Assembly (NCBI GenBank): GCA_014905635.1
Contig: CM026547.1
Span: forward strand, 2,170,001 to 2,234,000
Source of the DNA: Scenedesmus sp. PABB004
Taxonomy: Eukaryota
Direction of reading: 5' to 3'
Length of the DNA: 64,000 bases
A model generated the notes under the pieces. That model worked only from the letters and a program-made list of their open reading frames with translations. It did no database searches and was not told the origin of the DNA. The translations under genes and the position numbers were made by a program. Positions 49,185 through 60,868 of this stretch are shown here, one piece after another (the first letter of the stretch is position 1; each line of letters opens with the position of its first letter).

Positions 49185-50554
49185 ATGGAGCCTCACGCGC
49201 CCGGCGCGCCCTGCCCCCTGATCGGCCCGGACGCCGGCGACGACGACGATCTGGACCTGCCGCGCCTGGAGGAGCTGCTCGAGGACCTCCCGCGCGCCGG
49301 CAACGACCTGGACGCCGCGCTCGGCGGCGCGCGCGATCGCGCCGCGCCGCCGGCCTGCGACGCCCTGGGCCTGGGCGGGCCGCTGGCGTGGCTCGCCCGG
49401 CCGCCGTGCCCGGCCGCCGGCGCGGCGGCGTCGCCGCGGGCGCGCGCGGCGCTGCGGGCGGACGCCTCGGGCAGCGCCGGCGCGGGCAGCGGCGGCAGCG
49501 CCGACACCGACTTTGGTCTCTGCCGGGCGGGCAGCGTCGAGAGCGTGCCCAGCGGCGGCTGGGCCGGCGGTCAGCTCGCGCTCGCGGGCGGGACGCCGCT
49601 GCCGCTGGGCATGTCGATGCCGCTGGCAGCGGGTGGGCTGCTGAAGCACCTGCAGGTGCTTCAGCAGCTGCAGCTGCAGCACCTGCAGCTGCGCGCGGCA
49701 CAGGCGCAGCTGCAGTGCCCTAGCACCCTGGCGCCGGCGGCGCACGCCGCCGGCCACGCGAGCGGCACCAGCGAGGGCCTGTGCCCGGACTGCGCCGAGC
49801 TGAAGCGCCGCGGCGACGAGGTGCTGGCGCACTTCAGTGCCGGGCGCGGCGCGGCGCGGAACGCGGAGAGCTTTCAGGAGATGGCCGCCATCCTCATGAA
49901 AGGCCTCGCGTGCATGCGGTCGCCGCGCTGCCTTGTGTGTGAGCAGCTGCCCGCCACGGCGAGCAAGACATGGTGGCGGCTCTCGCTCGCCAAGGCGCGC
50001 ACCGCCAAGGCGGGCCAGCAGCGCGCGGGCACGGGCACCGCCTGCCCGCGCAACTTCAACTTCAAAGTCAACAGCCTGCACACGCTGCCCAACAGCGCGG
50101 AGCTGCAGCAGCTCGCGGACGGCGGCGACGCGGGCGGCGGGGGTCAGGCGCGCCAGGCGTACGCCATCAAGTCCACAGGTGCGCGCGCGGCGGGCGCGGC
50201 GGGTGCCCAAGCCGCGCGGCGCACGGCGCGCGCGCTGGTCAGCGCCGCCCGGGCGCTCGGCGGCCTCGCACGCGCCGCTCAGCCGCGCCCGCCGCGTTCG
50301 CCGCGCTCCGCGCCCCGGGGCCTGCAGACAAGAGCCTGGGTGCGCTGATCGTCGTGCGGCGCACGGAGCCGGGGGCGCCGCCGAGCGAGGCGTGGGCGCT
50401 GCGGTTCGAGAGTCACAAGCAGAAGTGGCGTGGCTGGCAGCTGGAGGCGACGCCACACGCGTTCGTCTGGTGCGACCCCCTGAGCGGCGGGGCGGCCAAG
50501 CGCGCGGCCGAGGCGAGCACGCGCGGCGGGGGGTCCAAGGTGCGCCGCAAGTGA
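49185..50554 (+). CDS. Hypothetical protein with Cys motifs (one predicted intron ~50179-50327)
   Basis: ATG at 49185; coding-like CPDCAELK...CMRSPRCLVCEQ...WWRLSLAK; a GT-AG splice joins to DKSLGALIVV...WRGWQLEA...KVRRK-TGA. Confidence 0.55.
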
Positions 50555-50967
50555 GTGAGGCGGCAGGGGGTGGCGGGATCGGTCGCGGGGATCGGTCGCG
50601 GGGTCTCCGTGTGTCCGTCAGGAAGTATATCGCAGGGCACAAGCTGGCAGGTCAGGCACAAGTTGGGGCAGCACGGTCGCAACGAGTTGCCAGTGCTGGC
50701 CCTCACCCGACGTTGCCCATGTTTTGAGCTGTGAACGTGTCACTCAGCCCAGGTCGTCCCTGCACGCACTGCCGCTGCGCCCGAGCTGGCGCCCGCGCCG
50801 CAGTGCAACCACAAAGGCGCGGCCCTCAAGTGCGCGCCCCCCGCCGCGGCCCGCCGCCGGCCCCGCCGCCCCGGCCCGCCGCAACCACCGCCGCCGCGGC
50901 CGCAGCGCCGCGCTCACCGCGCCCACAGCGCCGCACTCGCCGCGCTCGCCGTGCTCGCCGCGGCCGG

Positions 50968-52340
50968 TCAGCTGCCGCGGTATGTGCTGAAGCCGTAGGG
51001 GCTGAGCAGCAGCGGGATGTGAAAGTGCTGCGCCGCCTGGTCGGGCGTGACGACAAACTCGACGACCGCCTCGGGGTAAAACGGCACCGCGCTGAACACG
51101 CCCGGGTGCGCCTCCCTGCGCGCCGGCGCGCGGCGGCGCACGGGTCGGGCGGCCGCGGCGGCGGCGGCGGCGCGGCGGCGGCGGTGGCGGCGGCCGCGCG
51201 CCGCGCGCGGGGCCGCCGCGTGCTGCGCGCCGCACGCGCCTGCAGGCGCGCAGGTAGGCGCCTGTGTCAAAGCGCATCTGGTACGCCCCCGGCGCGACAG
51301 TGCTCGCCGGCGGCAGCAGGCCGCCGATGCGGCCGTCGGCGTCGGTGCGCCCCGCGGCGAGGCAGTCCCACACGCGCTGCGAGCCCGGCATGAGGCGGTG
51401 GAGGCTGATCGGCAGCCCCGCCGCCGGCACGCCGAGCGCGGTGTCGAGCACGTGCGTGGTGATGGGCGAGCGCAGCGCCCCGCCGCGCCCGCCCGCCGGC
51501 GCCGGCGCCGGCGCCGGGCCCGGCGCAAGGTGGCCCGCGAGCTGCCCCGTGCGCACCGCCGCGCGCTCGGCGGGGCTGCCCCCGCCGCCGCCGCCGCCGG
51601 CGGCCAGCAGCTTCTCCAGGCGCAGGGCCGTGATCTTCATCTGCTCCGCCGCCGCCGCGCCGAGCTCGGTGTACGGCGCGTTGGGCAGGCGCGCGCGCAG
51701 CGCGGCCAGCATCTGCGCCGCCGACTTGCCCGCGGCGCAGATGATGAAGATGAAGCCGTGCCGCTGCCGGTACGCGGCGTTGGCCGCGGCGAGCTCCTCA
51801 AACACGCCGCCGTCGCCGCCGCCGGCGAGCGCGGCCGCCTGCTCGCCGGCGCTGAGCGCGCCAAACGCGCCGCCCGCGCCGCCAAACTTCTCCCGCAGCG
51901 CGCCTGCGGCGGGCGCAGGGGGCAGCGTGGGGCGGCGAGCGGCGGGGGGCGGGCAGGCGCAGGTGGGCGTCCCGCGGCCTGCGCGCGCCGCGCCCGCGTC
52001 GTGGGTTACTCCCGGCGCCGCCCGCTGCCCGGCGCCGCCGCGCCGCCGCGGGCGCTGCCGGCGTGCTGGCTCGCCGGCGGCGTGCGGCCAGGCCAGGAGG
52101 CTGGCCGACCTGGTGGCCTGCCTGCCGGCGCGCGGGCGGCGCACCTGCGTCCCCAATTTCGGGGTGAGCTGCGAACGCCTCGAGCCAGCCCGCCACGCCG
52201 ACGTCGTTCCACCAAATGCGCTGCGCGGCCGCGAGAACGGCGTCCAGGCTCGGGTAGCTGCCGGGGGCGGCCAGGGCGTCCGCGAAAGCCCGGCAGGCGC
52301 ACGCGGTGAACGCGGCATCCCACGACACCCGCACCGCCAT
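50968..52340 (-). CDS. Bifunctional OHCU decarboxylase / 5-hydroxyisourate hydrolase (transthyretin-like, TTL), multi-exon
   Basis: WLEAFAAHPEIG, NAAYRQRHGFIFIICAAGKS, EQMKITALRL (decarboxylase); SPITTHVLDTALGVPAAG, TDADGR, FYPE, HFHIPLLLSPYGFSTYRGS (HIU hydrolase with YRGS terminus). Confidence 0.93.
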
Positions 52341-52744
52341 GCTGCTCACGGGTCGCCGCGAGGAGCTGCGCGGCGCGACGGATAGAGGGCCTCCTCAGGA
52401 ACTGCTGGTGCGCGGTGCAGGCTCGTACGGGCGACAGCAGCAGCAGGGCTTCAGGTGCTGCTGGGCAGTCCGCTTGCGGGCTCAGCGGGCGCCGGCGAGG
52501 CGGTGACAGGGTGCGGGGTGGACATGCAGGCGGGCCCGCAGCCGTGGGCCAGCTGGCGGCATGCCGCGGTTCAGCGAGCAGCGCCGCGTCAGGGCGGCGA
52601 GCGCACGCCGCCGCTGCATCGCCGCCGTTCTGCCCACCGCGCTCACAGTACTGCTCCCGCTCCCCGCCCACGAGTGCGACGCACGGGACCAGACACCACG
52701 CGACCGTCAGTCTGCGACGCCGCCGGTCGCGCGCGGCGGCGGCC

Positions 52745-53395
52745 ATGCGGCGGCTGCCGCCGCAGGCGGCCGAGCTGCGCCGTGCGGCCGCGCGCGCTCT
52801 CTGCACCGCCGCCGCCGCCGCCGCCGCCGGCGAGCAGCAGCGCAAGAAGCCGGCGATCCCGCAGAAGGTCAAGTTTGTGGACGCGCTGCGCGTGACGGCG
52901 CGCGGCGGCCACGGCGGTGGCGGCTCGAGCGCGCTGTTCGGCCGCACGGGTGCGCGGCAGCGGCAGCGCCGCCGCCGCGGCGCGCGCCGCGCGCCGCGCC
53001 CCCCGCCGCCGACGCGCCCCGCCCCTGCCCTCGCCGTCGGCCAGGCCACCACGCGCGCGCAGCGGGCGGCAACGGCGCGCCCGGCGGCGCCGTGGTGCTG
53101 CGCGCGACGCGCCAGCTCACGGGCCTGGGCAGCCTGCCGCTGCACGCCGAGGGCGGCCGCGGCGGCAGCGGCGGCAAGCAGTGGATGGACGGCAAGCGCG
53201 GCACCGACCGGCTGGTCCCGGTGCCGCTTGGAACGATCGTGTGGCAGCTGGCGGAGCTGCGTGGCGGCGCCGCGGTGCGGCACGGCGTCACACCGCTGCC
53301 GGCGGTGGCGGCCCCGCTGCAGCAGCAGCAGCCGCAACAGCAGCAGAGCCAGCAGCAGGGGCAGCAGCAGGGGCAGCAGCAGGGGCAGCAGCAGG

Positions 53396-53470
<75 letters not shown>

Positions 53471-55164
53471 CAGCAGCGACGCCGGCGTCGCACAGTGGTC
53501 ACCGGCGACTGCTGTTCCCGGAGCTGTCGCAGCCGCCCCCGAGCGGCGCAGCGGGGGGCGATCCGGCTGGCGAGCAGCACGACAGCACGGGCAACGCTGA
53601 CAGCTGCGCCCTGTTTGAGCAGCTGCTCAGCGGCGAGCGGCGGCTGTCCAATGACGAGAAGCTGTCGCTGCTGCACGTGGGCCGCCTACCCGACCCGGCA
53701 GCGCTGCCGGCGGCCAGCGACGGCTCAGCCGCGCTCGAGCGCGCGGCCGCGGCGGGCAGCGACAACGACGACACAGGCGAGGACAGCGCCTCGGACGACG
53801 AGGGGCCGTGGGAGGTGCTCCCCCCAGGCGACCACCCGGACGGCGCCTGGGCGGCACCTGACGCCTGGCAGGACAACGCGCAGGCGGAGCGCCAGTTCAC
53901 CAAGCAGCAGGTGGGGCGGGGTGTGGCGGGGGCGGGGTGCGGGCCCGCGCTGCGGTGCAGCAGCTGGCAGCGCCGAGCAATCTCTCCTCCCCCCTCTGCA
54001 GGTGTGGGCCATCCTGGAGGCCCAGGCGGTGCTGCTGGGCGAGCTGGACGAGGAGCGGCAGGAGCTTGTCGTGGCGGCGGGCGGGCGCGGCGGACGCGGC
54101 AACGCAGCGGGGCCCAGCACGCCCAACCGACCTGCCAGCAAGGCGCGCAGCGACGGCGAACCGGGCCAGGAGGTGAGGCCGGCGCTGGCTCGCCCCAAGG
54201 GGCCGTGGCGGCCGCACGGCGGCCCGCACGGCGGCCACACGGCAGGCGCACTGAGCAGGGCGTGGCGCCCACGCACGCCCACGCCTACGCGCACGCCCGC
54301 GCCGCCGGCCAGGTGCTGCTGCTGCTCAAGCTGCGGCTGCTGGCCGACGTGGTGCTGGTGGGCCTGCCCAACGTGGGCAAGTCCTCCCTCATTGCGGCGC
54401 TCACGCACGCGCGCGCGCAGGTGGGTTCGCCACGTGCGAGCCCCGCGCCCACGCGCCAGGCGCGCGCGCGCAAGTCCTCCGCCGCCAACGGCGGGGCGCC
54501 GCCCCGCGCAGGTCGGGGATTACGCCTTCACCACGCTGCGGCCGCAGCTCGGCACCATCACCGACGACCCCAGCGCTGAAGGCGGCGGCGGCGGCGCGGC
54601 AGCGGCCGACCCGGCGGGCGACGGCGCGCGCGTGGTGGTGGCGGACCTGCCGGGGCTGGTGCCGGGCGCGCACGCGGGCCGGGGGCGCGGCACCGCCTTC
54701 CTCGCGCACCTGCAGCGCGCGCGCTGCCTCGCGCTGGTGCTCGACATGAGCGGCGGCGCGCCGCAGCAGCAGGGCGCAACGACGGACGACGGCGGCGCGG
54801 CCGCGCCGCTGGTGCCGCACGCGCCGGCGCAGCAGCTGCGGATCCTGCAGGCGCGTGCACGCGCGCGGCGCATCCACCGGGGCGCGACCGGGCGCGGCGC
54901 GGCGCGGCGCTCACGTTGCGTGGCGCCGGCCGCTTGCAGGACGAGCTCGCGCGCTACGACGCCTCCGTGCTGGCGCTGCCGAGCGTGGTCGTCGCCAACA
55001 AGCTCGACGCGCTGCCGCCGCCGGCCGCCGCCGCGGCGCTGGCGGCGCTCAAGGCCGCGACGCCGCTGCCCATCCTGCCCGTGTCGGCCAAGGAGGGCGC
55101 CGGCCTCTTGCGGCTCAAGGGCGCGCTGCAGACGCTCGTCGGCGCGGCGCGGCGCGGCGGGTGA
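52745..55164 (+). CDS. Obg-family GTPase (organellar), multi-exon, with polyQ insertion
   Basis: KFVDALRVTARGGHGGGG, GGNGAPGG, VPLGT, VAAGGRGGRGN, LADVVLVGLPNVGKSSL (G1), YAFTTLRP (G2), DLPGL (G3), NKLD (G4), SAK (G5). TGA at 55162-55164. Confidence 0.93.
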
Positions 55165-55803
55165 GCCGGAGCTGCCGCGCGGCGGCTGACGGTGGTGGCG
55201 GCGGCAGACGGCGGCAGCGCCCCCACCGCTGCGGCGAGGCGGCGCGGCTGGGGACGCCAGCGCTGGGCGGCGCTGGTACCAGCGCTGGTAGGCTCTGGTA
55301 GCCCGAGGGACGGGAGGCGCAGCCAGGGGCCTACCCGCGCCCACCAGCGCTTTACCCGGGCCTACCAGGGGCTGCGGTAAACTTTCCAGGGGCTGCGGTA
55401 AACTTTCCCGAGCTTACCCGCGCTACCCGGGCCCCCACTGGTGGCCCCGGGCGCGGGCAGTCCACCGCTGTCGGTGGCGCTGGCGCGGGGGGTTTTGTGC
55501 CGCGGCGGCGCCGCCTGCCTGGCCCAGCGAGCCGCTGGCGGGGGGGGGGGGGGGGTGACCCGCGCTCCCGGCTCGAGCGGACTGGGCGGGGCTCCTTGCG
55601 AGTGTCGGCGGGCTCTCCCGCGCAAATCGACCGTTCCGCGCCTGCGGCCCCGCGCGCGGGCGCCCGCGGGCGCCGCGCCGGCGCGGCCCAAGAGCTCGGT
55701 GGACCGGCGCGACTCCGACCGCGCCCGGCCAGGCCGCGCCGTGAGCGGCGGCGCCGCGCAGCAGCGCGGCCGCGCGCGAGCGGGCAGGCCCCGCTGGTGG
55801 CCC
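55165..55803 (+). repeat. Long direct repeat, copy 1
   Basis: Near-identical to 57963-58584; contains a tandem 21-mer CCAGGGGCTGCGGTAAACTTT x2 (55365-55406). Confidence 0.92.
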
Positions 55804-55831
55804 CCGAGCCCGCCCCAACCACCCCAGAAAC

Positions 55832-57647
55832 ATGGCGCCGTCGAAGGGCCATCGGCACGGAAGCGCGTGGCGGCACGGCCTCGGCGACGGTGCGACCCGA
55901 GCGCGCGTGCCGCGCCGCGCCCGGCCGACCAGCGCTGCAGCGCCCGCGCGACGCCCACTGCGCCCGCGCGCAGCCGCGCCCATCCTGCCCTGGAGCTGGC
56001 CGCCGGAGGGCCTGTTTGACGCGCCCATTGAGGTGGCGGCGGGCACCGTCGAGCTGCAGGTCACGCCCGCGCTGCTGCAGCTCCTGCCGCTGGCCGACCA
56101 GCAGCCCGCGTCGTTCGTCGCGGAGACGCTGCGACTGTGGCGCGTGACGCCGCCGCCTGAGCTCACCGCCGCCGGCGACACGGCGCGCGTCGTGTACATG
56201 CCGCGCGACCGCGCAGACGCGGCCACGCCGGCCGCGGACGCGCCCGCCAGCACGCGCTTCGGGCGCGGGCGCTTCGCGGCCACCACCGCGCGCGCACAGG
56301 CTGCGGCCATCGCGGCCGTCGCGGCGGCGGCCGAGGCTCAGGCCGCGGCGGCGGCGCTCGCGGCCGCGCCCGGCGGCGCGGACGACGACGACGACGAGCG
56401 GCGCGCGGAGGCGGCCGCGCTCGCCGTGCTGGCTCGGCGCGGGGCGCAGCTGGCGTGCAAGGGCGCGCTCACGCTGGCGCAGGCGTGCTACGACGAGGGC
56501 GAGGCGCGGCACGACGAGCTGCACGCCGGCGTGCTGCAGGAGCTGCTGCAGCCCGCGCGCGCCGCGCCCGAGAGCGTGGCCGAGGTGTGCCGCCGCCAGC
56601 TGGCGCGCCTGCTGCGCGACCCGACCGGCCGCCGCCAGCCGGGCGCGGCGCACCATGAGGCGTGCCTGGCGCTCGGGGAGGAGCGCGGCGAGTGGGCGTG
56701 GCTCCGGCGGCGGTATGGCCTGCGCGCGCGGCTGCGCCGGCTGGCGCGCCTTGTGCTGGCCAAGCGCGGCCCGCACCTCGAGGGCGTGCCGTGCGGCCGC
56801 TGCGAGCTGGCGCGCCTCGCGGCACGCAACGTGCCGTGGCTGGCGCGGCCGTGGGACGGCGCCGCGCCGGAGGTGCAGGGCCTGCTGGACGAGCTGCAGC
56901 GCGACGCCGACGCGGCGGCGGCGGGGGCCGAGCGCTTTGTGACGCCGCAGGAGCAGCGGCGCAAGGCAGAGGTGCTGCGGCGGCTGCTGCTGGAGTGCGA
57001 GGTGCAGAGCCTGATGGCAGTGCCCGACAGGTGCGCGTGCAGGCGCCGGCAGGCGCGGCGCCCGCGGGGCGGCGGCGGCGCGCGCCGCCGGCACCGAGGC
57101 GGCGCTCGCGCGCCGCCGAGCGCAGGCTGTGCGAGCTCGACGAGCGCGCGGCCGACTGGCCGCGGCACGAGCGCCGGCAGGCGCGCGCGGCGGCCAGGCG
57201 CTGGCTGGCGGGCGGCAGGGCCGGCGCCGTAGCGCGCGCGGCCGCGCCGCCGCCGGCGCCGGCCGTCCGGCGGCGGCGGCCGCTGCCGTGGCTGCTGGCG
57301 GGCATGGACGGCGACTCCGGCGAGGAGCAGCTGAGCCCCTGCAGCAGCGCAGGCCGCCCCGACAGCCTGAGCAGCAGGGACAGCACGCCCTCGCCGCCCC
57401 TCGGCGACGGCTCGCCGTCGCCCGAGGCGGCAGTTCCGCCGGCCGGGCGCGCTGCGAGCCCGGAGCGCGCCAGCCGCCGCCCGGCCGCGACCCCGCCGGC
57501 GGCGTCGGGCCGGTCGGCGGCGCAGCTGACGCTGCAGCGCGCGGCCGGCGTGCGCCGCAGCTCACACTCGGCCGCGCACCTCCCCAGCCGGCGGGGGACG
57601 AGCGCAAGCCGGCTGAGCTTCAGCAGCTCGCGCCACGACGACCACGA

Positions 57648-57685
<38 letters not shown>

Positions 57686-57987
57686 CGGCGCTCGCCCCCC
57701 GCGCGGCCTCGATGACGGCCGTCGTCGACGGCGCCCGTGCACGTTCGCCGGGCTGGTGGTCCTGCGCGCTGGGCGTGCTGCCGCTCCACCAGGGAGCCGC
57801 GAGCAGCAGCGGCGGCGGTGGCAGCGACGCGCCGCAAGCTGCGCCGCCAGGCGGCACGCGCACGGCGAGCCGGCTCGGGCGCGCGCCATCCACGCTGGAG
57901 CAGCAGCACGCCGTGCTCTCGCGCGCGCTGCGCACCGCTTCCGCGCCGAGCCTGGCCGCCCCGCCGGAGCTGCCGCGCGGCGGCTGA
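55832..57987 (+). CDS. Hypothetical protein, paralog A (predicted intron 57031-57125)
   Basis: Coding-like ORF from ATG 55832; a GT-AG intron joins ...AVPDR to LCELDERAADW.... The stop lies inside repeat copy 2. Shares blocks with 58643-60592. Confidence 0.55.
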
Positions 57988-58584
57988 CGGTGGTGGCGGC
58001 GGCAGACGGCGGCAGCGCCCCCACCGCTGCGGCGAGGCGGCGCGGCTGCGGGCGCCAGCGCTGGGCGGCGCTGGTAGGCTCTGGTAGCCCGAGGGACGGG
58101 AGGCGCAGCCAGGGGCCTACCCGCGCCCACCAGCGCTTTACCCGGGCCTACCAGGGGCTGCGGTAAACTTTCCAGGGGCTGCGGTAAACTTTCCCGAGCT
58201 TACCCGCGCTACCCGGGCCCCCACTGGTGGCCCCGGGCGCGGGCAGTCCACCGCTGTCGGTGGCGCTGGCGCGGGGGGTTTTGTGCCGCGGCGGCGCCGC
58301 CTGCCTGGCCCAGCGAGCCGCTGGCGGGGGGGGGGGTGACCCGCGCTCCCGGCTCGAGCGGACTGGGCGGGGCTCCTTGCGAGTGTCGGCGGGCTCTCCC
58401 GCGCAAATCGACCGTTCCGCGCCTGCGGCCCCGCGCGCGGGCGCCCGCGGGCGCCGCGCCGGCGCGGCCCAAGAGCTCGGTGGACCGGCGCGACTCCGAC
58501 CGCGCCCGGCCAGGCCGCGCCGTGAGCGGCGCCGCCGCGCAGCAGCGCGGCCGCGCGCGAGCGGGCAGGCCCCGCCGGTGGCCC
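57963..58584 (+). repeat. Long direct repeat, copy 2
   Basis: Near-identical to 55165-55803 apart from a few substitutions, a 12-bp indel and G-run length; tandem 21-mer at 58151-58192. Confidence 0.92.
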
Positions 58585-58642
58585 GGGCCCCCGGCGTTGG
58601 GGCCCCTACGCCTCTCGCCTCTCGCGCGCGTCGCCTCAGGCG

Positions 58643-60592
58643 ATGGCAGCGCCCGAGAGTCCCTTCTCCGCCGCTGCGAGCGCGGACGGCACGGTCGACG
58701 TCCAGCTGCTCGGCGACCCCGGGCTGCGCGCCTTCCTTCCGCGCAACGACAACTGCTACACCGCCAGCTTTGTCGCCGACGTGCTGCGCCAGAACGACCT
58801 CACGCCGCCGGGCGCGCTGCTCAGCGCGGGCAACGCGGGCAAGAGCGTGCGCGTGGTGCACCACCAGTCGACCGCGCTGCCGCTGGCCGTCGCCCACGCA
58901 CGCCTGCTGCGCCCCAACACAATCGTCGCTGGCCTCGACAAGCCGCTCTTCGCCGCCGGGTTCAGCGCCGCGCAGCTCCGGGCGGGGGCCGAGCACGCGC
59001 GCGCGCTCGCGCACACGTGCACCGCCGCCGCGGTCGCCGCCCGCGCCGCGGCGGCGCTCGCCGCCCAACTGGGCCCCGAGCGCGGCGCCGCAGCGGCGCG
59101 CGCCGCCACCGCCGCGCTCGCGGCCGCCGATGCGGCCTGCGGCGAGGCGCGCGCCGCGCGGGCGGCGGTCGAGGAGCACCGCGCGCTGCGTCGGCGGCTC
59201 CGGGACGAGCGCCGCGCCTTCGTGGCCGCGGCGGCGCGGCAGAAGCGGACGCACAAGGCCCTGCGCAGCGCGGCGGGCGACAAGGAGAGCGAGTTCCGCG
59301 CGCACGCGGCGAGGTGCGGCAGGGGCGGCAGCCTCGGAGGGGAGCGGCGCAAGGCGGGCACTACGGCGCCAGAGCCGGCGCTGTGCGGCCCCGCCAGGAC
59401 GTGCGCCTCGCGCCGCGCCCGCGCCAACCCGAGCAGGGCAGACGAGCAGCGCAAGAGCGCGCGCAAGGCGCAGGCGGCGGCGCGCAAGCACATCGCGCGG
59501 GACGCCAAGCGCGCGGCCAGGCAGGCGCGCCGCGCCGAGGCGCGGCGCCTGCGCGCGCAGGCGGCGCAGCGCCGCGGCGCGGCGTGGGGCGCGGCGGAGT
59601 ACCGGGCGGCGCTGGTGCACGCGGTGCTGCTGCGCCAGGCGGCGGCGGACCGCCGCAGCGCCGCCGGCGGCCCGCGCGCCGAGCCGGCGCCGCCGGGCCC
59701 GGCCGCGCGCCTCGCCGCGCTCGCGGCCATGCTGCGCGCGCACGCGGCGCCCTTTGGGCTGCCGGGGGTGACTCGCTGGGACGTGGCGCTGGCCGTCGTG
59801 CGCGGTCTGCCCTGGCTGGCGCGCAGCCGGCAGGAGCTGTGGCGCGCCGAGTTGCGCGAGCTGCCCGAGCTGCAGGGCGGCAGCGGCGCGGCTGCGGCCG
59901 CGCCGCCTCCTGCGCTGCCTTGCGCCAGGGCCGTGCGGCGGCAGCTGTGCACCGACGCCGTGCGCTTTGTCCTGGCGGCGCCCGCCAGCGCGCGGCTGCC
60001 CGCCCGCCACGCGGCAGGCGCGCCCGCGCCGCGCTGGCCGGGCCGCGCGGGGGGCGGCCTGGCGCGCCGCGCCGCAGCGCTGGTGCAGCGCCTGCGCCTC
60101 GCGGCGGCGGGCGCGCCGGGCGCGCGCGAGCGCGAGCTGGCCGCGGCGCTCGCGGGCGCGGAGGAGGAGCCCCGCGCTCGTGCCGGCCCGGGCCGCCACG
60201 CGGCGGGCGGCAGCAGCGCCTACCCCACCCTGGAGGAGCTGCTGGGGGAGGAGGTCGGCGCCGCGCGCGTGACCGGCATCCGGCGACGCGCGTGGCTGCA
60301 GGCGGGCGGTGGCGCGCCGCCGGTGCCGCCGCGGGCGCCGCCGCGCCCGCTGGACGCCGCCGCGCTGGCGGAGGCTGCCGCCGCGGCCGAGGCGGCCGTC
60401 CTCGCGTCGCGCGGCGCCGCGGGGCTTGGCGCGGACCAGGGCCCGCCGCCGCCGCGCCGCGCTCTCCCGGCTGCGCGCCGGCATGTGCGCGTGCTGCTGG
60501 CGGTTGAGCGCGTCGAGGACCAGCCCTGGCACGTGGCGGCGCAGCTGGAGGCGTTTGCGCGGGGCGCGCTCGCGAGCGCGGGCGGGGCGTGA
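58643..60592 (+). CDS. Hypothetical protein, paralog B
   Basis: 649-aa ORF from ATG with a coiled-coil-like middle. GTVDVQ...ASFVADVLR...TPP and LPWLAR blocks align with paralog A. Confidence 0.6.
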   Translation: MAAPESPFSAAASADGTVDVQLLGDPGLRAFLPRNDNCYTASFVADVLRQNDLTPPGALLSAGNAGKSVRVVHHQSTALPLAVAHARLLRPNTIVAGLDKPLFAAGFSAAQLRAGAEHARALAHTCTAAAVAARAAAALAAQLGPERGAAAARAATAALAAADAACGEARAARAAVEEHRALRRRLRDERRAFVAAAARQKRTHKALRSAAGDKESEFRAHAARCGRGGSLGGERRKAGTTAPEPALCGPARTCASRRARANPSRADEQRKSARKAQAAARKHIARDAKRAARQARRAEARRLRAQAAQRRGAAWGAAEYRAALVHAVLLRQAAADRRSAAGGPRAEPAPPGPAARLAALAAMLRAHAAPFGLPGVTRWDVALAVVRGLPWLARSRQELWRAELRELPELQGGSGAAAAAPPPALPCARAVRRQLCTDAVRFVLAAPASARLPARHAAGAPAPRWPGRAGGGLARRAAALVQRLRLAAAGAPGARERELAAALAGAEEEPRARAGPGRHAAGGSSAYPTLEELLGEEVGAARVTGIRRRAWLQAGGGAPPVPPRAPPRPLDAAALAEAAAAAEAAVLASRGAAGLGADQGPPPPRRALPAARRHVRVLLAVERVEDQPWHVAAQLEAFARGALASAGGA

Positions 60593-60868
60593 GCGCTGCG
60601 GTGGGCACCGCGCGCGCCGGCGGTTACTCGCGATCGAGTCAACGGCCGCAATCAATCAATCAGGAAGCGCAGTCATGTCATCCCAGCCCCCAGAGCTTGC
60701 ACCTGCTGCAGCTGCAGCAGCCGACCCAGCCCTCTTGCTCGCCTGCCTAGCTGCAAGGAATGCCCGGCGCGCCGCCGGCGCCCGGCGCGCCGCCGGCGCG
60801 CCGCTGGCCGGCAGCGCTGCGTGCCGCGCCGCGTGCCGCGCCGCGCGCCGTGCCGCGCGGGCGCCAGC

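Noticed and set aside
55165..58584. LTR retrotransposon
   Set aside because: No gag, RT, RNase H or integrase motifs between the repeats, and no TG...CA termini or clear target duplication.
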